Below, piece by piece: positions 33,553 through 43,072 of a stretch of 64,000 nucleotides of DNA (within the stretch, counting starts at the first letter, position 1; each line of letters starts with the position of its first letter). Both the position numbers and the translations under genes were made by a program. The notes beneath the pieces were generated by a model. That model saw only the letters and a program-made list of their open reading frames with translations. It searched no databases and had not been told where the DNA came from. The DNA is from Andalucia godoyi And28. Lineage: Eukaryota; Protista; Jakobida. The DNA lies in contig VRVR01000012.1 in the NCBI GenBank assembly GCA_009859145.1, positions 316,119 through 380,118 on the forward strand, in the 5' to 3' direction.

Positions 33553-36021
33553 TTAAACACTCAGCAACTGCGATACTTGCTGAGGAGAATGATACAGGAC
33601 CTCGCGAGCTCTTGTTTCGTCCAAGGCAACGACCGACGCATAGAGTTCGCGATACATTTTTGCAACCGTGGAGGCAATGCCAGCGCGAGCTTCCGAGCGG
33701 TAGGTGGGTTTCTGAATCTTGTCACATCTAGGAATCGCCAACGCACCAAGGGAAAACAGAGATGAGTAGAAGGACCGAACTTTCCGAGAGAGCACATCCC
33801 AGTCAATGCCAAGATCGGCAGACGGTGGCGCAGCGCCATCTGCCTGTCCGTCAACAGACGTCGTAAGCACCGCCAGACCATTGAGGTTTCCAGAAGAAGA
33901 AGAAGACGACGACGACGACGACGATGCTGCTGCTGCAGTGTTGGAGAATGGATTGTCAAGACCGCACTGGTGAAAAATCAGTTCACTCTGTCGGTGAATG
34001 AGAAGCTGCATTTGTTCGTCGAGATGCAGCCGGATTTGGGCCGCCTTTTGCAACGTGAAAGAGTGTGTGTCCAGCTCATCGAAAAGAATCGCAAAACAAT
34101 TGATCAGAAAAACCGGTGCGTCAATACGGTCCAGCTGTTCCTCGGCACACGAGAGTGCAACATGTATCAGAGGATCGACAATCGCTGCAACCAACGGGGC
34201 GCTGGATCCAAGCACATCAGATCCGCTATCGCATTCTCCGGCTTGGTCAGTAATCGCGACCGCGGCTGCGGCTGTTGACGACCGAGGAAGCGACGACCGA
34301 GAGGCAGGCGCGGATCCAACGAGCGTGGACTCTTGTGCCTTCAAAAATTCTGCAAGCTTGGCAACTGTGTCGGAAATCACGTGCGGAGGACTCAGGTCAG
34401 CTGGCACTGTCGGCGGAGTAACCATCATCCGCTCCGCATGCACACGAACGGTATCCAAGATGACTCTCTGAACAGCTTCGTGCGATTCTCTCAATGCATC
34501 CACCAAAGGACTCGACCCTTCGGGACTGTCCATCGCAGGCGTCTTCACCGCCGCAGCCGTCGCAGCCCCGCCGTGTGCTGCTGCTCCCACTCGAGAAAAT
34601 CCAATGAGTTTCTGAATAGTGACAAAATAAAAAGCCAAAACATTGGAAAGTCGGAAAAGGACAGACAAGGACGGATGTGCATCTGCAATTTGAACCAAAC
34701 GAGTTCGCAGTTGGCGCGCGACGGCTGAAAAAGCGTCTCGAAGCACGACGTTCTGAGCGACGGCTTCCAACCGCTTGGCTTCATTCTTCTGTTCCGCAGT
34801 CAGCCTCGCCGTCGCAGCAGCCGGCTTCTCATTGACATTTCCTGCTGCCGGGGCCGTCCCAAGTCTTGAAAACAACGCTGCACACAGGTCTCGCAGCAAA
34901 ACCACTTCCTGGTGCATCCAAGCGCACATGTCTCCCACATAGCGCACGGTGTCATGAACATGTCCTTCGATCGGCACACCTCTTCCGCGTCCGCCAGTGG
35001 ACAGGGCTTCCAGAAATTCGGACAGCACCACTGTCTGCAGCCTCCCAGCGAGCTCCTCCACACACGAACGCAGCAACACCGGGAGATCATTTTCCTGCTT
35101 TGCCTTTGCAGCATCGTCTTTTCCAGACCCATCCTTTGCATACGTCGCATCCGAGGCCTCGGTCCTGGATAATGCCGCAAGGGCCGCGGGCAGCAGCGAC
35201 GGCATGTCACTGACATCATCGGACACGTTTCTGCAGGTATCCTTTGTCCATCGGAACAACCTCTTCATTGCGGACTCATGAATCTGTGCCAGTCTCTCCA
35301 CTACATCCAGCGCAGCTCTGTGATGCGATGCGCGTTGCATGAGCCCAATCGCCTGCTCCCTTAGCACCTGCAAGCGTGCGAACGCCTCGAAAAACGTCGC
35401 GTCAATCGCAGAACTCCTGAGCAATGCATGAGAGTCGGTCTCCGAAAGCATGTACGACGACAGAAACCTTTCGACAGTGCGCAGGCGCTGGTCCACTGTT
35501 GCCTTCCGAGCAGTCAAATCCGATGCCTTGGACACCACAACAGACGTCGTGGCAACCGTTTGGGCCAAGTGCGACTTGATCTTCTTGCAGGAGGAATCCA
35601 AAGCTTGGACTTCCCTCACGACGCTGCGATGATGCTCAACCAGTCCTTGCAAGGAAGACAGAAACTGGGCATGGGTAGCCAAGACAGTTTCATCAACCAG
35701 TGGCCTGAGCTGGTGCCGAAGCGTTGCCCAGTCTAACGACGACACAGCAGCGTTACTTTGACTCTTCGAAGACGTGATATGGTCCGACAAGAACAGCAAT
35801 GCATCTCGAAGACCCTCGTCGGCAACATGCAACGCCGCAGTTTTTTCCACCTTCCTAGACAAGATCGCATTTACGCCGCTTGAAGATTGCGAATACGAAA
35901 ACGAAGACGGGAAAGGCGATGTCAGCTCCGATGCAAAGGACACGTCCGACTGCGCTCCAGGAGTCGGCGACAATGGAGGCGACACTTCGTTATGCACTGC
36001 CTGATCCACCACGCTCGCCAT
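33553..36021 (-). CDS. COG6: Conserved oligomeric Golgi complex subunit 6
   Basis: PIEGHVHDTVRYVGDMCAWMHQ and VERFLSSYMLS..IDATFFEAF match COG6. First ATG at 36021. Confidence 0.9.
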   Translation of the reverse strand: MASVVDQAVHNEVSPPLSPTPGAQSDVSFASELTSPFPSSFSYSQSSSGVNAILSRKVEKTAALHVADEGLRDALLFLSDHITSSKSQSNAAVSSLDWATLRHQLRPLVDETVLATHAQFLSSLQGLVEHHRSVVREVQALDSSCKKIKSHLAQTVATTSVVVSKASDLTARKATVDQRLRTVERFLSSYMLSETDSHALLRSSAIDATFFEAFARLQVLREQAIGLMQRASHHRAALDVVERLAQIHESAMKRLFRWTKDTCRNVSDDVSDMPSLLPAALAALSRTEASDATYAKDGSGKDDAAKAKQENDLPVLLRSCVEELAGRLQTVVLSEFLEALSTGGRGRGVPIEGHVHDTVRYVGDMCAWMHQEVVLLRDLCAALFSRLGTAPAAGNVNEKPAAATARLTAEQKNEAKRLEAVAQNVVLRDAFSAVARQLRTRLVQIADAHPSLSVLFRLSNVLAFYFVTIQKLIGFSRVGAAAHGGAATAAAVKTPAMDSPEGSSPLVDALRESHEAVQRVILDTVRVHAERMMVTPPTVPADLSPPHVISDTVAKLAEFLKAQESTLVGSAPASRSSLPRSSTAAAAVAITDQAGECDSGSDVLGSSAPLVAAIVDPLIHVALSCAEEQLDRIDAPVFLINCFAILFDELDTHSFTLQKAAQIRLHLDEQMQLLIHRQSELIFHQCGLDNPFSNTAAAASSSSSSSSSSSGNLNGLAVLTTSVDGQADGAAPPSADLGIDWDVLSRKVRSFYSSLFSLGALAIPRCDKIQKPTYRSEARAGIASTVAKMYRELYASVVALDETRAREVLYHSPQQVSQLLSV

Positions 36022-36405
36022 TTTTTCCCCCCCACTCCAACTTGGAAAGCGCTGCTGCTTGTGTTTCTCACAATCTCGCAAGTGCGTGCGTGAAAAAAAT
36101 AATAATAAAAATATAAAATATATATATATATATATATAAGAATCAAAATATGCTATTAGACAAAAAATCCTTATTGCGGAAACGACAATGAAGTACGAAC
36201 GGAAGGAAATGGCGACTTGTTTTTACAAAACACACTGCAGTGAAGAATCCACCTTGCTGAGCCATGCATGCATGCAGAGTGCGCATACAAACGTGAATAC
36301 TACATCATCGAAGAATCAGATGAATGACATTTCAAAACCTAATAATAATAAAAATAATAATAATAACAAATAATAAAATAATTACTACTAAAAAAAGCGA
36401 GGATC

Positions 36406-36437
<32 letters not shown>

Positions 36438-36476
36438 CAGCAACAACAACAGCAAAAAATCGAAAGGGTTATGGAA

Positions 36477-37835
36477 TCATGGCTGCGGCTCGTTGAAGAG
36501 TGCTTTGAGGTCGTACTCAATGTAGGCTCGGTCATAGGCAGGGAAGGAGCCACCGGTCTTTCCATCCGCACGTGCATTGGCAACACGCATGACCAAGTTC
36601 TTCAAGTCGTAGAAAGCAATGTGCAAATCCCCCGTTGTTGTGAGTGCCGCGATGTCCTGCTTGGCGACGTCGAGATCGATCTTTCCGTAGTTTGCAACAA
36701 TCCGATCATGCAGCTGCTGTTGGAAGGCTGGGCAGCCCCAGTCCATGCCTTCATACACAACATCCGCAATTCGTGGATGCCACGACATGAGCGGCTGCAA
36801 GTCGGTGTCGTCGTAGAATGAAATGTTACTGTGGGAATACTGGACAACCGTCATGCGTTCCAACTTTCCGTCGCCAACTCCAAGGATAAGTCTGCAAGTT
36901 CGGTGCGCATTTGCCATGCGTGTCATTGCCGACGAAAGCGACTCGTCTTTCTGCAGAACATCTCGGAGCAAGAAAGGGAACGGAATCCCAACGCGAGACT
37001 CGTCTCCAAAAGGCGGAACTGTGGGGTCTGCAATGTCCGGGAACGAGACTCCAATCTCTGAGACACCAAGCTGGGTAGAAGACACTCCGGTAAGCGACCC
37101 AACGAAGCCAGCCCAGCCAACATTGGCAAAAGCATGACCCCACGTGTTCTGCCCAGAAGCATCGTTCAATGGATGATACACAACGACAACAGGGTAGTTC
37201 TGGAACGTGGCATCAGTGACCCAGTCCAAAGCCCTCATCTGGATCATCCCGTCCTTGGAAAGCGCGTTTCCCCACGCACCGAACATGGAGCACCTTCCAC
37301 GAGTAAGGTCTCCAAGCAAGTGGATGCGGCGTGTGATCATGGGATCGACTCCCGCGGCCTTGGACATTGCTGCCATCTCATCATACACCTGCGGGTCTGC
37401 AAAGGGCTTCATAAGCATTTCCGAGGCATCGAGTGCTGCATCGAGCCCTACTTCTGCAATGAGGTCCGCAAGCCATGCAGGCACATTCAGCTTTGACTTT
37501 TCGATCCCTTCGGCAACCTCCTTTTCGAGATACGCCCACGTTGTGTTCAGCAGTCCCCGGATCTCATCACGCATGATCGTTCCGTACGCCGCACCAAACT
37601 CCGCTCCACTCGATCCCCAAAGATGGACAAGATGCACTGTGTCGTCCGCAGATCCCACCACGTACACTTTTGCATTTGATGTCGTCCGCAGAAGCTGCGC
37701 AGTCGTCGTCGCCGAGTACACAGGCTGGGTATTCGGAACGTTCGGTTGAGGTTTTCCATGGCAATACGCCGCTTCCAGAACGGTCCCCGCACAAACAAGC
37801 GCAAGCGCCGCAATAAGAATACGAACGGTCCGCAT
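36477..37835 (-). CDS. Secreted/lysosomal Ntn-hydrolase (acid ceramidase-like, C45/Dcd1-like)
   Basis: Signal peptide, putative nucleophile RCSMFGAWG, RALDW, NVGWAGFVGSLTG and RTCRLILGVGD. Confidence 0.8.
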   Translation of the reverse strand: MRTVRILIAALALVCAGTVLEAAYCHGKPQPNVPNTQPVYSATTTAQLLRTTSNAKVYVVGSADDTVHLVHLWGSSGAEFGAAYGTIMRDEIRGLLNTTWAYLEKEVAEGIEKSKLNVPAWLADLIAEVGLDAALDASEMLMKPFADPQVYDEMAAMSKAAGVDPMITRRIHLLGDLTRGRCSMFGAWGNALSKDGMIQMRALDWVTDATFQNYPVVVVYHPLNDASGQNTWGHAFANVGWAGFVGSLTGVSSTQLGVSEIGVSFPDIADPTVPPFGDESRVGIPFPFLLRDVLQKDESLSSAMTRMANAHRTCRLILGVGDGKLERMTVVQYSHSNISFYDDTDLQPLMSWHPRIADVVYEGMDWGCPAFQQQLHDRIVANYGKIDLDVAKQDIAALTTTGDLHIAFYDLKNLVMRVANARADGKTGGSFPAYDRAYIEYDLKALFNEPQP

Positions 37836-38058
37836 GTGTGAAAATATAAGTATATATATATATAAGTATATATACGTATAAAGAAATAATAATATAACAA
37901 TGGAAAATAAATGAAGCGTTTACGGGGATTTTCCCTTCTATCAAAGGAAGTGCCGAAAGGCCCAAGAAAGCCAGAGAGGCCTGTTCCGGGGATCTGTCAG
38001 TCCGTTCGTCAATCAGTCAGGCAGTCCGTCAGTCAGTGGGACAGTAATCGATTACCTA

Positions 38059-38677
38059 CGCCCACATTATACACTCAACATGCATATCTATGAAGAGACA
38101 TGCATATTCAATCTTGCATCCGATCAATCGGTGAGCTGCACGCGGGACATGCAAACACTTTTTTGTTTCCGCCTCGACGTGCATGGATCTCACCGCAGCG
38201 CCCGCACGTTTTGGACGTGTATTCCGCACCGAGCCACTTTCTCAGCGTGACACGTTGCTCCTGAGAAGGGTGCATTTGGATTCTGACGGCCCTAGCAGCA
38301 GGCGCTTTCGTGTCCTCAGTTGCAGCGATTGGTGCAACTGGAGATACGAGAGGAAGAGGCGGTAGGAAGACGGTGGGGTTTTGCGACTGCGACTGCGACT
38401 GCGACTGCGACTGCGACTGCGCCTGGTGCACTGGTAGCAGAAAACCACGAGTTCTGCAAGAGACGGTCCCTGAGGCTTCTGCTTGGGGTTGGCTACCCTG
38501 CGTGCTGGGGATTGGAGATCGTGTCTTGGAAGTTCGCCTCTTGGCAGCGCGCTGAACGAATGATAGAATAGATGGCTACGCGTAAGCACGAATTCCCTGT
38601 GAAAACAGACGTGCTAGTGTCGGCCAGTATTGGCCGTGTCTGTTTATGTATACTCCCCCGTATGCATGACAATGACG
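38059..38677 (-). mobile_element. Non-autonomous TnpB/Fanzor2-derived element, copy 1 (HTH joined directly to zinc finger; RuvC motifs deleted)
   Basis: RAVRIQMHPSQEQRVTLRKWLG (IS605/IS607 OrfB-type HTH) is fused to EYTSKTCGRCGEIHARRGGNKKVFACPACSSPIDR. Near-identical to 59485-60062 over most of its length, with sharp loss of similarity at both ends. Confidence 0.85.
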
Positions 38678-39075
38678 CTCGATTACCTACGTTTGACAGC
38701 TTTTTGTGCATGAACATTGAACATCAAACGAACAACATGTTTGCTTTTTAATAATAATGGAACCCCTCAAGCACCTCCTCGTCAAAGACAAAGCATCTCA
38801 TGGCTCCAAAGAAGGGATCTTTCCAAAAAAATCAAAAAGGGCCTGCCCGAAGATTCCGAGAACCAAGAAACCCCTTGATCCCCTCTCGCTGGGGGGCGGG
38901 GAACAAGAAGATCAGCGTCAGCAACGAGAGGCTATGAGAAGCGGCGCAGAGGTGAAATACCATTATGAGAAATACAGGAAAAGAAACAAAACGAAAGGAA
39001 ATATATATAAAACAATCTGAGAATCACCAAAATATAATCATGCAAAGGTGAGTGTGCCCCAACAGACAATTCTAA

Positions 39076-41407
39076 TTAGAAAACAGGGTTGTCTGCGCGA
39101 TCGCGAATGAAGACCCACTCTTCTTCTTTTTGCTGTTTGCGCATGTCAATTTCGCCATTGAAGATGGAGACTTCTTTTTTCCATTGGGCAATCTCGGCCT
39201 CAACTCCGTCCACTGCGGCGCAAGATGCAATTCGCTTGTGCAGCGGAATGGAGCTGCGAGGCGAAGCACCGGAGTTGGAATCTTGCATGCCGGTGGAATG
39301 CGAAGGTGGAGCGTGCATCATTGAAGATACAGAGGACTTGGGAGTATTGGACGATTTGGATGGCGACGCAGGATTGACGGGCGCTGTTGCGGCGGAGACC
39401 GAAAAAGAAAGACCCAGTGGAATCTTTCGTTCTGCGAGAAGCCAGGTGGCGAGCTCTTTCAGCGACACTTTGAATCGCGACGCAAGTTCGCACAGGATTC
39501 GCTGCACCGAGTGGAGCAGGAGCTCCACATCCGAAAACTGCTGGGCCACACATTCGTAGAACTCCGAAGGAGAAAACAGCAAATCCTGATCCGTTAGTTT
39601 CCACAGCAGCTTGCGAAACTTCATGATGGCTGCTTCTTCATGCTGCCGTCGGAGACTGAGGACACTACGATCAACTCTTGGAAAGACGGAACGAGAATTG
39701 TCCTTTGCGCTTGACGGTGGCTTTGGAGTCCCTGTTGTGGATGCAGGTGAGTCGCTCACGATGGCTTCCATGCCCAGCGAGGCTTGCGAGAAGCTGTGAA
39801 GCAGATCCGGATGCTTGAACACATCCAATCCTGAATTCTGCGTTTGCAAGAAGGCAGTGTTCGGGACATCATCGACAGTCGCAACCTCAGATTGGGATTC
39901 AGAGTGCACGCTGGTGCGACGAGAAGTGTGCAGTTCCCAGCTTGAGGAAGGCTTATCGACATGACAGTGAATGAATTCAGAAATCATGACAATGCGATTC
40001 CTTGACCGTTCGGCAGCTTCCTCTTCGTTGATGCCTGTTTGCACCTTTTCCCGCGTTTTTGCGAGCGCTTCTGAAGCGGAGTATGACTAGTGCGCCAAGC
40101 ATCGACAATCGGGAAAAGGAGAGGGTGGGTGAGGGTGGAGGGGAAAGGAGGCAATTAGAATGAGAATCAAAATACCAAACATGGCCACGGGGGATAGCTA
40201 GCAGTACCAGATACAAAAAGTGAATGGAGAATACATACAGAAGTATCTAGAGATACGAACTTGCGCATAAAGAGAGCAGGAGCTTCCCTGATAGCCTCTC
40301 GAACACCGTCAGAGACCAGTCGTGCAACGCGCATGTTACGCTCCGTCATTGCGCCTTGGAACGCGGCGATCTCGTCCTTCACATCGAGTCCCCTTTTCCT
40401 CAGCAAGCCCACGTCGCGTGCAGACTGAATCAGAGGAACGTTACTCACGTGTTCCGACCACTTCAGAGCCTGGTCATCGTCAGGAGACTCGGAAACGACT
40501 TCCGCGTGGCGCTTGCTGCCAAACCCCAGGCCTCTTGAAGAATGGCCTGTGTGCTTCCGCGAGGTAGCCAATCTCAGACTTGGCATGTCTGCAAACGGGG
40601 CCTCCTTTTTGGCAGGCGCATTGACGCTTCGTAAGTCCAGTTTTGGGAGCTTGGGGATGCTGCTGAGAGCAGCGACCGAGGGCCGCGGTGAGCCGCGCAA
40701 ATCAGTTCCATCATATGGGATGAAGCCGCACCTTGCAAGCTGAGTCCGAGCATTGGAAGCCTTGACCAGATCCACAAATTCCTTGTTCGACGAAGCAGGA
40801 TCCGCATACAGATTTTCGTTCTGCTTCAACTGACTCACAACAGACGACGTCGCAGGCGGCTTAATCCGTTTTTGCACCGGCAGCCCGTGGCTTGCATCGC
40901 CACCCCCATCTGCAATCGATACTTCCACTCTTCCTACTGCTGGTGATGCTGTCAATTTTCCAGTTCGCCTCTTTCTACCATCTCCAACAGTTCTGAACAT
41001 GTCATGCGTTCGAGAATACGCAGCAGGATCCACTTGTCCAAGGGCCTGATAAGGCACGTTTCGCGGACTCCAAAAGCCAGTCGTCTTTGCATGCTCCGGC
41101 ATCTACACGAACACGTCGAACCAGAGAAGTGCATACCGTAAGAAACACCAACCGACAAACACAGAATTGGGGATAGCGCAATTCGATAACGCAAAGCATC
41201 CAATTCAAAAAATATACATTCGTTATTTAAAAAAAGTAATAAAGAAGAAAAATAAATAAATGAAACGAATAAGTAACAACATACAGTGTATTTGAAACCG
41301 ACTGTGGTTCGCGGCGTCATTGCGACTGCGGTGCAGATGCCTGGAGGGTTGCATATTGCTTTCCGAATTTGTACTTTCAAAGGAGATTCATAACTATCGT
41401 CTGCCAT
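39076..41407 (-). CDS. Uncharacterised 3-exon protein (~665 aa); complement(join(39076..40086,40239..41102,41285..41407))
   Basis: Three consecutive ORF-track frames are linked by two phase-0 GTATGT..TAG introns (41103-41284 and 40087-40238). No recognised domain. Confidence 0.65.
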
Positions 41408-41836
41408 TCTCGACCATTTCAAATCCTTATTATTACTACTACAATAATTACTAATATTTCTCTGACGGTTGTTATTTCATGAGAAAAGCATTTGACAAGA
41501 AGAGCGCAGGCAGCCGAGATTCCAAACGTCGGGGATTGCATGGATTGGGTGGAGAGGCTTTCGTCAAAACATATTCACCGACTTGAGGAGTTTTTGGGCC
41601 TTTGATGCTTGAGACCTGCGGCGCCTGAGAGAGGTGGGGGGGGGGGGAGCTCCACCGGTCGTAATCTGGAGTTGCATGGGTTCCGCACTTTCCATAAGCT
41701 CCAGCTTATCAAAGGACGTTTTTTTGTATTCTTACTGTTTTGGTGTATTAGTGTTGCTGTTGTTGCTGTTGCTGTTGTTGCTGTTGGTGAGAGGTGGATC
41801 AGGTTGAGTGGATAGAGAGACAGAGAAAGAGAGAAG

Positions 41837-42928
41837 ATGTTTGTTCGGGGTTCTGTGAGCAAGGCAGTACGCACTGGAGTTTGTGGACGGATGTTCTCGT
41901 CTGGACCGAGTCCGCTTCTTGTGTCGGACCCGGACCCGTCATTTGGACCTGCAACGTCGATGAATATGTTTTCCGCGATTAATGACGCGATGAAGCTTAC
42001 GCTTGAGCGGGACAAGACGGCAGTGATATTCGGAGAGGATGTTGCGTTTGGAGGAGTGTTCCGCTGTACGATGGGTCTTCGGGACTCGTTTGGAGCGCAC
42101 CGTGTATTCAATACGCCGCTCTCGGAGCAAGGAATTGCGGGATTTGCAATTGGGCTGGCTGCGATGGGTGTTACTGCGCTTGCAGAGATACAGTTTGCAG
42201 ATTACATCTTTCCTGCGTTTGACCAGATCGTGAATGAAGCGGCAAAATACAGGTACCGATCTGGGGGGATGTTCGATGTTGGTGGGCTTGTGTTCCGCAC
42301 ACCGTCATCTGCGGTGGGACATGGTGGCCACTACCATTCGCAGTCTCCCGAGGCGTATTTTGCGCACACTCCGGGACTGAAGGTTGTTACTCCGCGATCA
42401 GCAATTGAGGCAAAAGGCCTGCTTCTTGCATCGATTGCGACGAGAGATCCAATCATCTTTTTGGAGCCAAAGATCCTGTATCGCGCGTCGGTGGAGCAAG
42501 TTCCGACAGGATACTACACAATTCCTCTTGGAAAGGCACAGGTTGTGAAGACGGGTTCCGACGTGACGGTTGTCGGATGGGGATCGCAGATGCATGTCCT
42601 CAACAGGGCCGTGAAGATGGCGGAGGAGAAAGAAGGCATCTCGTGCGAGCTCATTGATCTCAGAACAATCATGCCGTGGGACAGAGAGACCGTGCTCAAC
42701 AGTGTCAAGAAGACGGGAAGACTCGTTGTGGCGCACGAAGCCCCCGTAACCAATGGCTTCGGATCCGAAATCGCTGCCGCTATGCAGGAGCACGCATTCC
42801 TGCATCTTGAAGCTCCAGTTGTGCGAGTCTGCGGTTATGACACTCCTTTCCCCTTGTCACACGAACGGTTCTATGTCCCAGACGTCCTCCGCTGCTACGA
42901 AGGAATTTCCAAGGCTGTTCATTATTAG
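41837..42928 (+). CDS. BCKDHB: Branched-chain 2-oxoacid dehydrogenase E1 beta subunit
   Basis: Presequence, [43 protein letters not shown] and [11 protein letters not shown]. Confidence 0.96.
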   Translation: MFVRGSVSKAVRTGVCGRMFSSGPSPLLVSDPDPSFGPATSMNMFSAINDAMKLTLERDKTAVIFGEDVAFGGVFRCTMGLRDSFGAHRVFNTPLSEQGIAGFAIGLAAMGVTALAEIQFADYIFPAFDQIVNEAAKYRYRSGGMFDVGGLVFRTPSSAVGHGGHYHSQSPEAYFAHTPGLKVVTPRSAIEAKGLLLASIATRDPIIFLEPKILYRASVEQVPTGYYTIPLGKAQVVKTGSDVTVVGWGSQMHVLNRAVKMAEEKEGISCELIDLRTIMPWDRETVLNSVKKTGRLVVAHEAPVTNGFGSEIAAAMQEHAFLHLEAPVVRVCGYDTPFPLSHERFYVPDVLRCYEGISKAVHY

Positions 42929-43072
42929 ATTGCTGTTTTTGTTTTGTTTGTGTTTTACTTTTAAAATGAAGAGAGAAAAAGAGAAAAGAGAAGGAAGAAG
43001 GGAAATGCAACAAATATTTCCTCTATAAATTATATAGGTCCGCTCCGAATTACGTTCAACACTTGACACGTC

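Noticed and set aside
38385-38420. (GACTGC)6 tandem repeat as a possible CRISPR-like array
   Set aside because: Simple hexamer microsatellite without spacers, encoding in-frame SQ repeats inside the element.
37911-38751. Possible host gene interrupted by element copy 1
   Set aside because: Removing the element gives only a 69-aa low-complexity ORF with no recognisable domain.
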